26,855 nucleotides of DNA. It comes from Candidatus Zixiibacteriota bacterium. GTDB taxonomy: Bacteria > Zixibacteria > MSB-5A5 > WJJR01. Below, one piece after another: positions 9,698-17,121 of this stretch (its first letter is position 1; the number at the start of each line of letters is the position of its first letter). The position numbers and the translations under genes are program-made. The notes beneath the pieces are model-generated. The model had not been told where the DNA came from and made no database searches. It was given only the letters and a program-made list of their open reading frames with translations. The stretch lies in the NCBI GenBank assembly GCA_036170655.1, contig JAVHPP010000007.1, positions 36,272 to 63,126 of the forward strand, read 5' to 3'.

Positions 9698-10987
9698 ATG
9701 CAAACATCGCACAAGATCATCATTGCCGATTCCCGGTTCATGAAGGCGGTTCAAGACCGTTCTGTCCACCTTGTCATTACTTCTCCACCGTACTGGCAGC
9801 TCAAGGACTACGGGAGCAAGGACCAAATAGGTTTCGATGATTCTTACGAGGATTACATTAACAACCTCAACCTTGTGTGGCACGAGTGCCACCGGGTTCT
9901 CGAAACAGGGTGCCGACTCTGTATCAACATTGGCGACCAATTCGCCCGCTCGGTGTATTACGGAAGATACAAAGTAATTCCGATCCGCACTGAAATCATC
10001 AAGTTCTGTGAAACGATCGGCTTCGATTACATGGGGGCCATCATCTGGCAAAAGGTGACCACCTGCAACACCACCGGCGGCGCGACGATCATGGGGTCGT
10101 TCCCTTATCCCCGAAACGGCATCCTGAAGCTGGATTATGAGTTCATTCTCATTTTCAAGAAGTACGGGGTGCCCCCGAAAGTGGATGGCGAGCGAAAAGC
10201 GCAATCACGACTGACGGTCGAGGAATGGAACCAGTACTTCGCAGGCCATTGGAATTTCCCTGGAGAAAGGCAGGCAAAGCACTTGGCGGTGTTCCCAGAG
10301 GAGCTGCCCAAGCGCCTGATCCGGATGTTCAGCTTCGTCGGGGATACTGTATTGGATCCCTTCCTCGGGAGCGGGACGACCACTCTCGCGGCCAAGAAGC
10401 TGCGGCGTAGTTCGATAGGGTACGAGATAAACAGACAGTTTCTCTCGATGATCCGGGAGAAGGTCGGCGCCGACTCTGCGGGTTTGTTTCGGGACACCGC
10501 CATCGAGATCGTTGAGTCACAGGCCACGCACCGGGATCTCAAGGAAGAGATCCGAACACTGCCCTACGTGTTCCGCGATTCTGTCCGCATCGAGAAGAGA
10601 GTCGATCCGAAAACCTTGCGCTTCGGTTCAAAGATCGACGGTTCGGAGGGCCCCACAGCCGAGTCAATTAGGGTCAGCGAGATCCTCTCCCCGCAAAAAG
10701 TCCGGCTGAACACCGGGGCGATCATCCGTCTCATCGGGATCAGGGAGAACCCCTCGCATCGCGGGGAGGCGCTTCAATTCCTCCAGGAAAAGGTGTTGGG
10801 GAAGAAGGTCGTCCTGAAGTTCGATTCAGTGAAGCACGACGAAGAGAATAATCTGCTCGCCTACCTGTACTTGGAGAACAAGACCTTCGTAAATGTCCAT
10901 CTGATCAAGACGGGGCTTGTGCACGCTGACACCTCGACCGACTACAAGCATCGCGCGCGGTTTCTGTCCTGCGCAGAGGTGCCCTGA
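9698..10987 (+). CDS. Beta-class amino-DNA methyltransferase (probably m4C) fused to a C-terminal staphylococcal nuclease-like domain
   Basis: Motif IV TSPPY precedes motif I DPFLGSGTT. The C-terminal ~110 aa (IRLIGI, GEALQFL, GKKVVLKFD, LLAYLY, VNVHLIKTGL) match the SNase pattern. ATG 9698 is preferred to GTG 9653. Confidence 0.88.
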   Translation: MQTSHKIIIADSRFMKAVQDRSVHLVITSPPYWQLKDYGSKDQIGFDDSYEDYINNLNLVWHECHRVLETGCRLCINIGDQFARSVYYGRYKVIPIRTEIIKFCETIGFDYMGAIIWQKVTTCNTTGGATIMGSFPYPRNGILKLDYEFILIFKKYGVPPKVDGERKAQSRLTVEEWNQYFAGHWNFPGERQAKHLAVFPEELPKRLIRMFSFVGDTVLDPFLGSGTTTLAAKKLRRSSIGYEINRQFLSMIREKVGADSAGLFRDTAIEIVESQATHRDLKEEIRTLPYVFRDSVRIEKRVDPKTLRFGSKIDGSEGPTAESIRVSEILSPQKVRLNTGAIIRLIGIRENPSHRGEALQFLQEKVLGKKVVLKFDSVKHDEENNLLAYLYLENKTFVNVHLIKTGLVHADTSTDYKHRARFLSCAEVP

Positions 10988-11619
10988 TGGCGAAAGAGTG
11001 GGTGCTCAATCAGGCAATGAACCGGTGGGGATTGAATAAGAAGAGTTCAGTCGGACCGGTCTCCGATTTAATCCGGAACTGCTCTCCCAGGACCCTTGAA
11101 GAATGGCAGGCGTACTACTTCGAACACGCGTACCCAATGGAGCATCTCGAGGAGCTTGGAAGAAAGCTTTACGTGAAAGTCTCAGAGGTGGTTCAACACG
11201 AGGTGGCAGAAGTCACTGAAAAGGACTGCACCGATTACATGAAAGATGTGGTAGTCAGAAGAACGTTCGAAGGGTATCAAACGGAGATGCAGACGATTTA
11301 CGGACAGCTGGAAAAGGAACTGGGTGTTCCGGTCTTGCCGTCCCCGGACGAATGGGACCGGCTCTACAATGTGGATTTTCACATTGAAATTGACGGGAAG
11401 ACTATCGGGATACAGATAAAGCCGGTTTCTTTCGATTTCACGTTCGAGAATCACAAGTGGAAGGCGATCCATGAGGCCACGCGGTTGAAATTCCGCGCGA
11501 AATTCGGTGGCGACGTTTTCATGGTCTTTTCATCCCGCGTTGGCGACCGAAAAATCATCAAGAACGATGACGTCATCGGACAAATACGTGACGAAATCCG
11601 CAGATTGAAGTCCTCCTGA
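10987..11619 (+). CDS. Type II restriction endonuclease, MjaI family-like
   Basis: PD-(D/E)xK-like DRLYNVDF...IGIQIKP and N-terminal VGPVSDLIR...EEWQAYY. Coupled to the MTase by a TGATG stop/start overlap. Family assigned from recall, not from a search. Confidence 0.78.
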   Translation: MAKEWVLNQAMNRWGLNKKSSVGPVSDLIRNCSPRTLEEWQAYYFEHAYPMEHLEELGRKLYVKVSEVVQHEVAEVTEKDCTDYMKDVVVRRTFEGYQTEMQTIYGQLEKELGVPVLPSPDEWDRLYNVDFHIEIDGKTIGIQIKPVSFDFTFENHKWKAIHEATRLKFRAKFGGDVFMVFSSRVGDRKIIKNDDVIGQIRDEIRRLKSS

Positions 11620-11787
11620 GGCATCCGGGTTTGCCACCCCAACTCCGGGCGAAGTGGCACCCTGGAATGTGCTTGGGCCTTTCATACGCGCTTCTCCGCT
11701 GTTCGGTGCGCCTCGGGAGATTCAATCCTTCTGAGCGCGGCCTGCGATCCATCTATCTGTAACTTTGGGCGTTGCTTGCGTTTCCCC

Positions 11788-13521
11788 CTAGAACCCCCCG
11801 CCCCCGCCCCCGCCGAATCCTCCGCCGGAGAATCCGCCGCCGCCGCTGAAACCGGAGCGGCCGACGCTGCGGGGGGCCGAGGCCATCACTGTGCCTGCGC
11901 GGGCGGACATGCTGTTGAGAGAACCAACCAGCAGCCAGGGATAGAAGGCGCCGGCGTAGCTGCCGCGATACCATTGCGGCGGTTCGCGGTAAATGTCCGC
12001 GAATGCGCCCGCCCATTGTTTCTCCATGCCCAGTGCCATGGCGTATGGGAGGTATTTCTCGAACATGGCGGGAGTCTTCACGAGCTTCTCCAACCGGTCA
12101 GTCTCCACTCGCTTGATAAACTCTTCGAAGCCTAAAATCCCCTCGTAGGCGCGCGTGCCGGCGAGAGTTCTCGCGGGCATGATGAATCCGAATCCGACGA
12201 TGATCGCGCCGGTGAGAATCCCGGCCACGATCGACGCCAGCGGCGCCATGCCGGTGCTTTTGCCCAGCACCAGACCACCGGCGACAATCATGATGCCCAG
12301 CACAAGTCCTGTTGCCAGGTATCCTGCGACGACACGGTCGGGACGCTGCATGAAGTATTTGCGCTGCATCAGCCGGTCGAAGATTTGTTCACGGATGTCA
12401 GGGAGGTTCTTGTAGAACTCGTTCTGCAGATCGGACAACTCCACTTGCTGAGTTTCCCCGCCAGAGAAGATTCCATCCAGGATGGCCTGCTCGTGGGCTT
12501 GCAGCTCTCCCCATTCCGCGCGCGGCTTGCGCAGATGGAAGACGTAGTCCTTGTGAGAGACCAGACCCAAAAGCTGGCTCTCTTGTTTTTCCTCAATCAG
12601 GATGTACCCGCGCACCGCCAAGTCAACCAGACCCGCCGTGATGTCGCGCATGTCGGGCGAGTTGTCGATGAGTGTTCCCACCTCAGCCGGCGTCAAACCT
12701 TCCGGCGGATCATATTGCACACTGACCGGTTTCAGCCGGGGATCGCGGCCGCGTGTGTACCAGAGCCAGAACATGAACGCCAGGACAAAGATCGGAATGA
12801 ACAGGGGCCAGTTGCTGCGCAGGAAGAGTCCGATCAATGCCATTGTGCCGGGCTGTTTGACCAGACCCTTGTCCCAGCCGACGACGGCGGTAAGACCCTC
12901 GCGAAAATCCAAGGCGCGTTTCATCTGCAGCCGGACTTCATTCCCCTGGAGTGCGACGTCGGCGTCTTTCTCACGCGAGCCGTATGCGCCGGTGAACGCC
13001 AGCGCGCGCAGTCCTGTCGCTCCAGTCGGGAGAACGATGCGTGCCGTCGTGGCTTCAATTGGGATTTCCCATTCGTCGCCGGTGACATTCCAATAGAGTT
13101 CATCATGGTCCTCGAAGAACTTCAGCGCGTTTTGAACACGGTAGCGCACTACCACGGTCCGCGTAACATCAGTCGCACCGGGCACCCAGATCTTGAACTT
13201 GCGGTAGTGCCGCTCGCGGCTGACGTCATAGCGCAGATCATTTCCACTCTCATCGGTGACACTGACCGGTTCGAGATAGAGCGAGTAGTTGAATCCCTGC
13301 GATGTCCGGTACTCGACCGGGATTGTGCGATAGATGCCATTCCACGTGCCAGTGAAACGTGGCTGGATGGTCTCGGTCACATCGACCGTGCCATCAGTGC
13401 CCACCTTCGCCACCACATCGAAGCTGGCAATCACCAGTGAGCGGGCAAGAACGCGGCCGGGAAGGAATAAGAATATCGACAGCAGGGAAATCGCCGTCAC
13501 GATGCGAATGCTGTATCTCAT
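11788..13521 (-). CDS. DUF2207 family membrane protein
   Basis: Signal peptide, DELYWNVTG, PPEGLTPAEVG, DLAVRGYI, FEKYLPYAMALG and a Gly-rich tail GGGFSGGGFGGGGGGGF; directly downstream of lemA; AGGAGG RBS. Confidence 0.9.
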   Translation of the reverse strand: MRYSIRIVTAISLLSIFLFLPGRVLARSLVIASFDVVAKVGTDGTVDVTETIQPRFTGTWNGIYRTIPVEYRTSQGFNYSLYLEPVSVTDESGNDLRYDVSRERHYRKFKIWVPGATDVTRTVVVRYRVQNALKFFEDHDELYWNVTGDEWEIPIEATTARIVLPTGATGLRALAFTGAYGSREKDADVALQGNEVRLQMKRALDFREGLTAVVGWDKGLVKQPGTMALIGLFLRSNWPLFIPIFVLAFMFWLWYTRGRDPRLKPVSVQYDPPEGLTPAEVGTLIDNSPDMRDITAGLVDLAVRGYILIEEKQESQLLGLVSHKDYVFHLRKPRAEWGELQAHEQAILDGIFSGGETQQVELSDLQNEFYKNLPDIREQIFDRLMQRKYFMQRPDRVVAGYLATGLVLGIMIVAGGLVLGKSTGMAPLASIVAGILTGAIIVGFGFIMPARTLAGTRAYEGILGFEEFIKRVETDRLEKLVKTPAMFEKYLPYAMALGMEKQWAGAFADIYREPPQWYRGSYAGAFYPWLLVGSLNSMSARAGTVMASAPRSVGRSGFSGGGGFSGGGFGGGGGGGF

Positions 13522-13544
13522 CGCTACCTCCTAAAGAACAGAAA

Positions 13545-13568
13545 GGGCGCACGGCTGTGCGCCCCTAC
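13545..13568 (-). repeat. GTAG-class REP element
   Basis: Minus strand reads GTAG-GGGCGCAC-AGCC-GTGCGCCC, a GTAG tetramer followed by a GC-rich palindrome. Confidence 0.75.
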
Positions 13569-13593
13569 GACCGACCGCATGGAATCCGCTTTT

Positions 13594-13664
13594 GGGAGGG
13601 CGAGGCTCCTGCCGAGCCATTTTCCGCGCGGGGAGAAGAGGCTCGACAGGAGCCTCGCCCTCCC
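13594..13664. repeat. REPIN-like inverted pair of 25-mers
   Basis: GGGAGGGCGAGGCTCCTGCCGAGCC (13594-13618) and its reverse complement with one mismatch (13640-13664), separated by 21 nt. Confidence 0.8.
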
Positions 13665-13712
13665 GATCGCGATGCACCCGCAGTGCCGTAAGTTCATCTT
13701 CCGCACCCAGCA

Positions 13713-14288
13713 CTATTTCCCCGTCTCGAAACTCACCTTCGGAGTTTCACGCTCGCCCGCTTCGGTGACTTCGAAGAACTCCCGCGCCTTGAAACTGAAC
13801 ATGCCCGCGATGATGTTCGACGGGAACTGGGCGATTTTCGTGTTCAGATCGCGCACGACGGCGTTGTAGTACCGGCGCGCGTTCTGTACGGCGTCCTCGA
13901 TCTGACTGAGTGTCGCCTGCAACTGGTTGAAGCTCTCGACCGCGCGCAGCTGCGGATAGGCCTCAGCCAGCGCAAACAGGGATTTCAACGTCGATGTCAG
14001 CATCCCTTCCGCCTCGGCCTTGGCGGCTGGCCCCTGTGCGGACATGGCACTTGACCGGGCGGAGATCACTGCCTCCAATGTGCCCTTCTCGTGGCCTGCG
14101 TACCCCTTCACCGTTTCGACCACGTTGGGGATCAGGTCATGCCGCCGCTTCAATTGCACGTCGATATCCGCCCAGGCGTTGTCGCTCTGGACCCTCAGTT
14201 TCACCAGACGGTTGTACATCCCGATGATCGTGCCTGCGACGATGATCAGGAGCAGAAAAAATAGTCCGGCAACAATCAATCCAACCAT
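13713..14288 (-). CDS. lemA: LemA family protein
   Basis: N-terminal TM, YNRLV, AWADIDVQLKRRHDLIPN, EAYPQL and ARRYYN..V...N; GGAGAGG RBS before ATG 14288. The longer ORF-track start runs into tRNA-His. Confidence 0.93.
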   Translation of the reverse strand: MVGLIVAGLFFLLLIIVAGTIIGMYNRLVKLRVQSDNAWADIDVQLKRRHDLIPNVVETVKGYAGHEKGTLEAVISARSSAMSAQGPAAKAEAEGMLTSTLKSLFALAEAYPQLRAVESFNQLQATLSQIEDAVQNARRYYNAVVRDLNTKIAQFPSNIIAGMFSFKAREFFEVTEAGERETPKVSFETGK

Positions 14289-14362
14289 GTCAGCCTCTCC
14301 CTCCGGAAATATCACCGCCCGCCTGTGGCGGGGGGAACGTGCCTTGCACTTTACTCGAGTTT

Positions 14363-14440
14363 TGGGGTGGGTGAAGGGATTTGAACCCTTGACCCCCAGG
14401 GCCACAACCTGATGCTCTAACCAGCTGAGCTACACCCACC
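14363..14440 (-). tRNA. tRNA-His (GTG), with G-1 and encoded CCA
   Basis: G-GTGGGTG acceptor stem, TCAGG-TT-GTG-GC-CCTGG anticodon arm, AAGGG-TTCAAAT-CCCTT T arm, ending CACCCAC-C-CCA. Confidence 0.96.
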
Positions 14441-14454
14441 ATCGCATCGCCGCC

Positions 14455-14483
14455 AGTTTACCGCATTTGCGGCCGATTGTCCA
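14455..14483 (-). promoter_or_regulatory. Sigma70 promoter for tRNA-His (and possibly lemA)
   Basis: TGGACA-N17-TAAACT followed by a GC-rich discriminator GGCGGCG, just upstream of the tRNA. Confidence 0.65.
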
Positions 14484-14506
14484 CTCCAAAGCGCACCAGA
14501 GCGATC

Positions 14507-14530
14507 GTAGGGCACGGCTTGCCGTGCCCC
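14507..14530 (+). repeat. GTAG-class REP element
   Basis: GTAGGGCACGGC-TT-GCCGTGCCCC, with a degenerate half copy GCCGTGCCCC at 14551-14560. Confidence 0.7.
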
Positions 14531-14676
14531 TGCACGTGCCCGGGCCGTGGGCCGTGCCCCCGGTGCTCTCCACTTCGGTCAGCCTGAGTGTCTCCGGTTT
14601 TCGTTTCAGATCGATTATGGCAGGACCAGCCCATCCCTGTTCTACAGAGCGGGATCACGCACATTCTGTCAAGCGG

Positions 14677-15738
14677 TCAATGCTCATGCCGATGGTGAAG
14701 GTCTGAGACGTGTGCGTGTGCATGTGTGATCTCCCCATGCGCGTGTTCATGAGAATGACGCATCGAAAGTGGAAGGCCCGAATGGCGATGCGTGTGGTGT
14801 CCATCATCGTGCTGGTGGACATGCCGATGTGTCATGAGGGCATGTACATGGCGGTGATTGTGCCGGTCCCGGGCAATCAGCACGAGGGACCCTGCGAGTA
14901 TCAGTCCGCTTGCCGCCTGCACCGGAGAGATCGCCTCCTCGAGGATGGCCGCGGAAAAGATGACGCCAAAGAATGGTCCAGCGGCAAAGAACATCTGTGC
15001 CCGCGTGGCCCCCAGACTCTGGGCGGCGGAAATGAAGAGCGCGATGCTGGCTCCGTAGGTCAGTGCACCAGCTCCCAGAGCTGCGATAATGACGCCCGGA
15101 GTGCCGTTGGGACCTTGCACGAAGATACCGATTAGAAAATTCACCGTTCCGGCGACCGCGCACTTCCAGAATGTAATCTGCGATGGCGTCATCCCGTCGA
15201 TAAGCGCCGTGCAGTTGTTATCCAACGCCCAACTGACACAGGCCAAAGTCACGAACGCTCCAGCGGCCAGGCCGGCTGTTCTCTCTCCCAGGCTCAATAT
15301 GACACTGGTTGTCACCACCCCGATAAGTCCTGCCAGGGCCAGTCGGCCAATGCGTTCACGGAAGAACATTCGCCCCATGATCGCAGTGGCGACCAGCTCC
15401 AGGGGGAGCCACATGGAAACCGAGGTGGCCGACGCCAGCCGGAGCCCGAAGAGCAGGAGCAGGGGACCTGCGATGCCGCCGAACCCGATGCTCGCTGCCA
15501 GCAGGCGCTGGTTTCTCCCGCTCACTGCCCACGGAGGACGGAACGTGCCTGCACGGATGGCGACGGGGAGGATCCCCACAGCCGCGCCAAGATACATCAG
15601 ACCGGCAAGTTGGCTGGGCGGGAGCGACGTGAGCAACGCCTTGCTGGCCGGGGTCGCGGCCCCCCAGAGCGCAGCGGAACCGAGCGCGAGGATGGCCGGA
15701 TAGGCCAGACGGACGCTTTCATTCTTTGAATCAGACAT
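14677..15738 (-). CDS. DMT/EamA family transporter with His-rich C-terminal tail
   Basis: About 10 hydrophobic segments in two EamA-like halves (ALWGAATPASK, WALDNN, LGATR), and a ~60-aa tail rich in HxH repeats. Confidence 0.88.
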   Translation of the reverse strand: MSDSKNESVRLAYPAILALGSAALWGAATPASKALLTSLPPSQLAGLMYLGAAVGILPVAIRAGTFRPPWAVSGRNQRLLAASIGFGGIAGPLLLLFGLRLASATSVSMWLPLELVATAIMGRMFFRERIGRLALAGLIGVVTTSVILSLGERTAGLAAGAFVTLACVSWALDNNCTALIDGMTPSQITFWKCAVAGTVNFLIGIFVQGPNGTPGVIIAALGAGALTYGASIALFISAAQSLGATRAQMFFAAGPFFGVIFSAAILEEAISPVQAASGLILAGSLVLIARDRHNHRHVHALMTHRHVHQHDDGHHTHRHSGLPLSMRHSHEHAHGEITHAHAHVSDLHHRHEH

Positions 15739-15830
15739 TCAGACAACACTGGTGGGACGTCTATTTTCACCCTCTACGCGCTGAGAGGTCGATGTCGGCG
15801 GATGTCCCCGCGAACCACGGGGAATCGAAA

Positions 15831-15903
15831 TACCCCCGGCAGGACTCGAACCTGCTACCAGCGGCTTAGAAGGCCGCTGCTCTTCCACGTGAGCTACGGG
15901 GGC
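15831..15903 (-). tRNA. tRNA-Arg (TCT), CCA not encoded
   Basis: GCCCCCG acceptor, GCGGC-CT-TCT-AA-GCCGC anticodon arm, GCAGG-TTCGAGT-CCTGC T arm. Confidence 0.95.
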
Positions 15904-15924
15904 AAAGCACAAAGGGTTCGCTCG

Positions 15925-16293
15925 CTATCGAATCAGCACGATGACGTAATCCAGTGCCTGGCAGTTGTACAAGGTCACGCCCCCTGTTCTGACTGACGCG
16001 TAGAGTGTCGTGACCAGCGAATCTCCCTGAAACTGAAAGACAAAGGGCAATTCGTCATATTCGTCCGGGCTGACCTGGACAAAAACGCTGACCAGTGGAA
16101 GATCGGCCAAGTTTAGCGGTGAGATCGGAACAAAGTAGACTGTACTGTCAATCGGCACCGTTCCGGCCTTCACTGTTCTGTCGCCTGGACCCCGTGGTCC
16201 TGTTGGCCCTTGTTTTCCCGTACAACCCCACAACAATGCCAGCCCCAGCACAAGCCCCGCCAGCGCTAAAGACCGTCTGCCAATCAACCGCAT
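15925..16293 (-). CDS. Small hypothetical lipoprotein with a short collagen-like stalk
   Basis: AAAGGAG RBS, signal ending LLWG-C (lipobox), then GKQGPTGPRGPG and a beta-rich domain. The ORF-track extension overlaps tRNA-Pro. Confidence 0.75.
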   Translation of the reverse strand: MRLIGRRSLALAGLVLGLALLWGCTGKQGPTGPRGPGDRTVKAGTVPIDSTVYFVPISPLNLADLPLVSVFVQVSPDEYDELPFVFQFQGDSLVTTLYASVRTGGVTLYNCQALDYVIVLIR

Positions 16294-16339
16294 GCTCTCT
16301 CCTTTGATGATGCCCGAACGCAAAAGCTCGCCGACACAA

Positions 16340-16413
16340 TCGGGGTGAGAGGATTTGAACCTCCGGCTCCTTGGTCCCAAACCAAGTGCGCTACCAGGCT
16401 GCGCCACACCCCG
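16340..16413 (-). tRNA. tRNA-Pro (TGG), CCA not encoded
   Basis: CGGGGTG acceptor, CTTGG-TT-TGG-GA-CCAAG anticodon arm, GGAGG-TTCAAAT-CCTCT T arm. Confidence 0.95.
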
Positions 16414-16490
16414 AACTCACTGCCAAAGAATACGAATTTCTGCCCGTTCTCGGAAGCGTTTTCAAACCACCCGAGAGGAGGGTGTCAACA

Positions 16491-17087
16491 CTAACCCAAA
16501 AGCTCCCGTAACCGCCGCGCGACCTTCCGGAAGGCGCGTGCGCGGTGTGATATTCGGTTTTTTGCCCCGGCTGATGCCTCCGCGAAAGTGCACCCCAGCT
16601 CCGGCGTAAAAAAAATAGGGTCGTAGCCGAATCCACCCTGTCCCATCTCCCTGCGGGTGATTGCGCCCTCGACCACACCGTCGAAAGTTTCAACTTGCTC
16701 AGGAGCAATCACCAGGGCGGCGACACAGCGGAATCGTGCCGTTCGCTGCTCCTCGGCAACATGTTCCATCAGGCGGAGCGTCTTGGCATTGTTGTCGGCA
16801 AATGTGCACCCCGTTCCGGCGAAACGGGCGGACATCACCCCGGGCGCGCTGTTGAGCGCGTCGATCTCCAGTCCCGAATCATCGGCTAATGTCCATTCGC
16901 CGGTCACTGCATAGATCGCACGCGCCTTGAGGATGGCGTTCTCGGCCAGAGTGGCGCCGCTTTCCACCAGTTCAGGAAGGCCTGTGAAGTCTTCGCAGGA
17001 GAGAATCTCGCAAGGAGTATCCGCCAGAATGGCACGGATTTCCCTGACCTTATGCGGGTTGTTGGTGGCGAGAACGAGACGGCGCAT
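16491..17087 (-). CDS. rdgB: dITP/XTP pyrophosphatase (RdgB/HAM1)
   Basis: Motifs LATNNPHK, ENAILKA, ADDSGL, APGVMSARFAG, GFGYDPIF and KNRISHR. Confidence 0.95.
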   Translation of the reverse strand: MRRLVLATNNPHKVREIRAILADTPCEILSCEDFTGLPELVESGATLAENAILKARAIYAVTGEWTLADDSGLEIDALNSAPGVMSARFAGTGCTFADNNAKTLRLMEHVAEEQRTARFRCVAALVIAPEQVETFDGVVEGAITRREMGQGGFGYDPIFFTPELGCTFAEASAGAKNRISHRARAFRKVARRLRELLG

Positions 17088-17121
17088 GGATGTCCTTGTT
17101 TGCCCCGTCGGGGGAGGGGGG

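Noticed and set aside
11634..11645. CCACCCCAA matching the tRNA-His 3' end (possible att site)
   Set aside because: Only about 9 nt and in inverted orientation, consistent with chance.
11617..11670. TGA followed by a hairpin after the REase (possible SECIS read-through)
   Set aside because: The protein looks complete at the stop, there is no redox-Cys context, and the downstream frame is not protein-like.
11788..11850. C/G-rich low-complexity repeats
   Set aside because: They encode the normal Gly-rich tail of DUF2207 proteins.
13524..13713. Short ORFs in the lemA-DUF2207 spacer (WEGEAPAEP / ARQEPRPP peptides)
   Set aside because: They are translations of the REPIN inverted repeat.
14289..14405. 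N-terminal extensions of the lemA ORF and of the 15925-16407 ORF
   Set aside because: They run into tRNA genes, and downstream ATGs have good RBSs and proper N-termini.
16608..16615. A8/T8 homopolymer in rdgB as a phase-variation tract
   Set aside because: In frame, encodes the expected DPIFF segment, and lies in a housekeeping gene.
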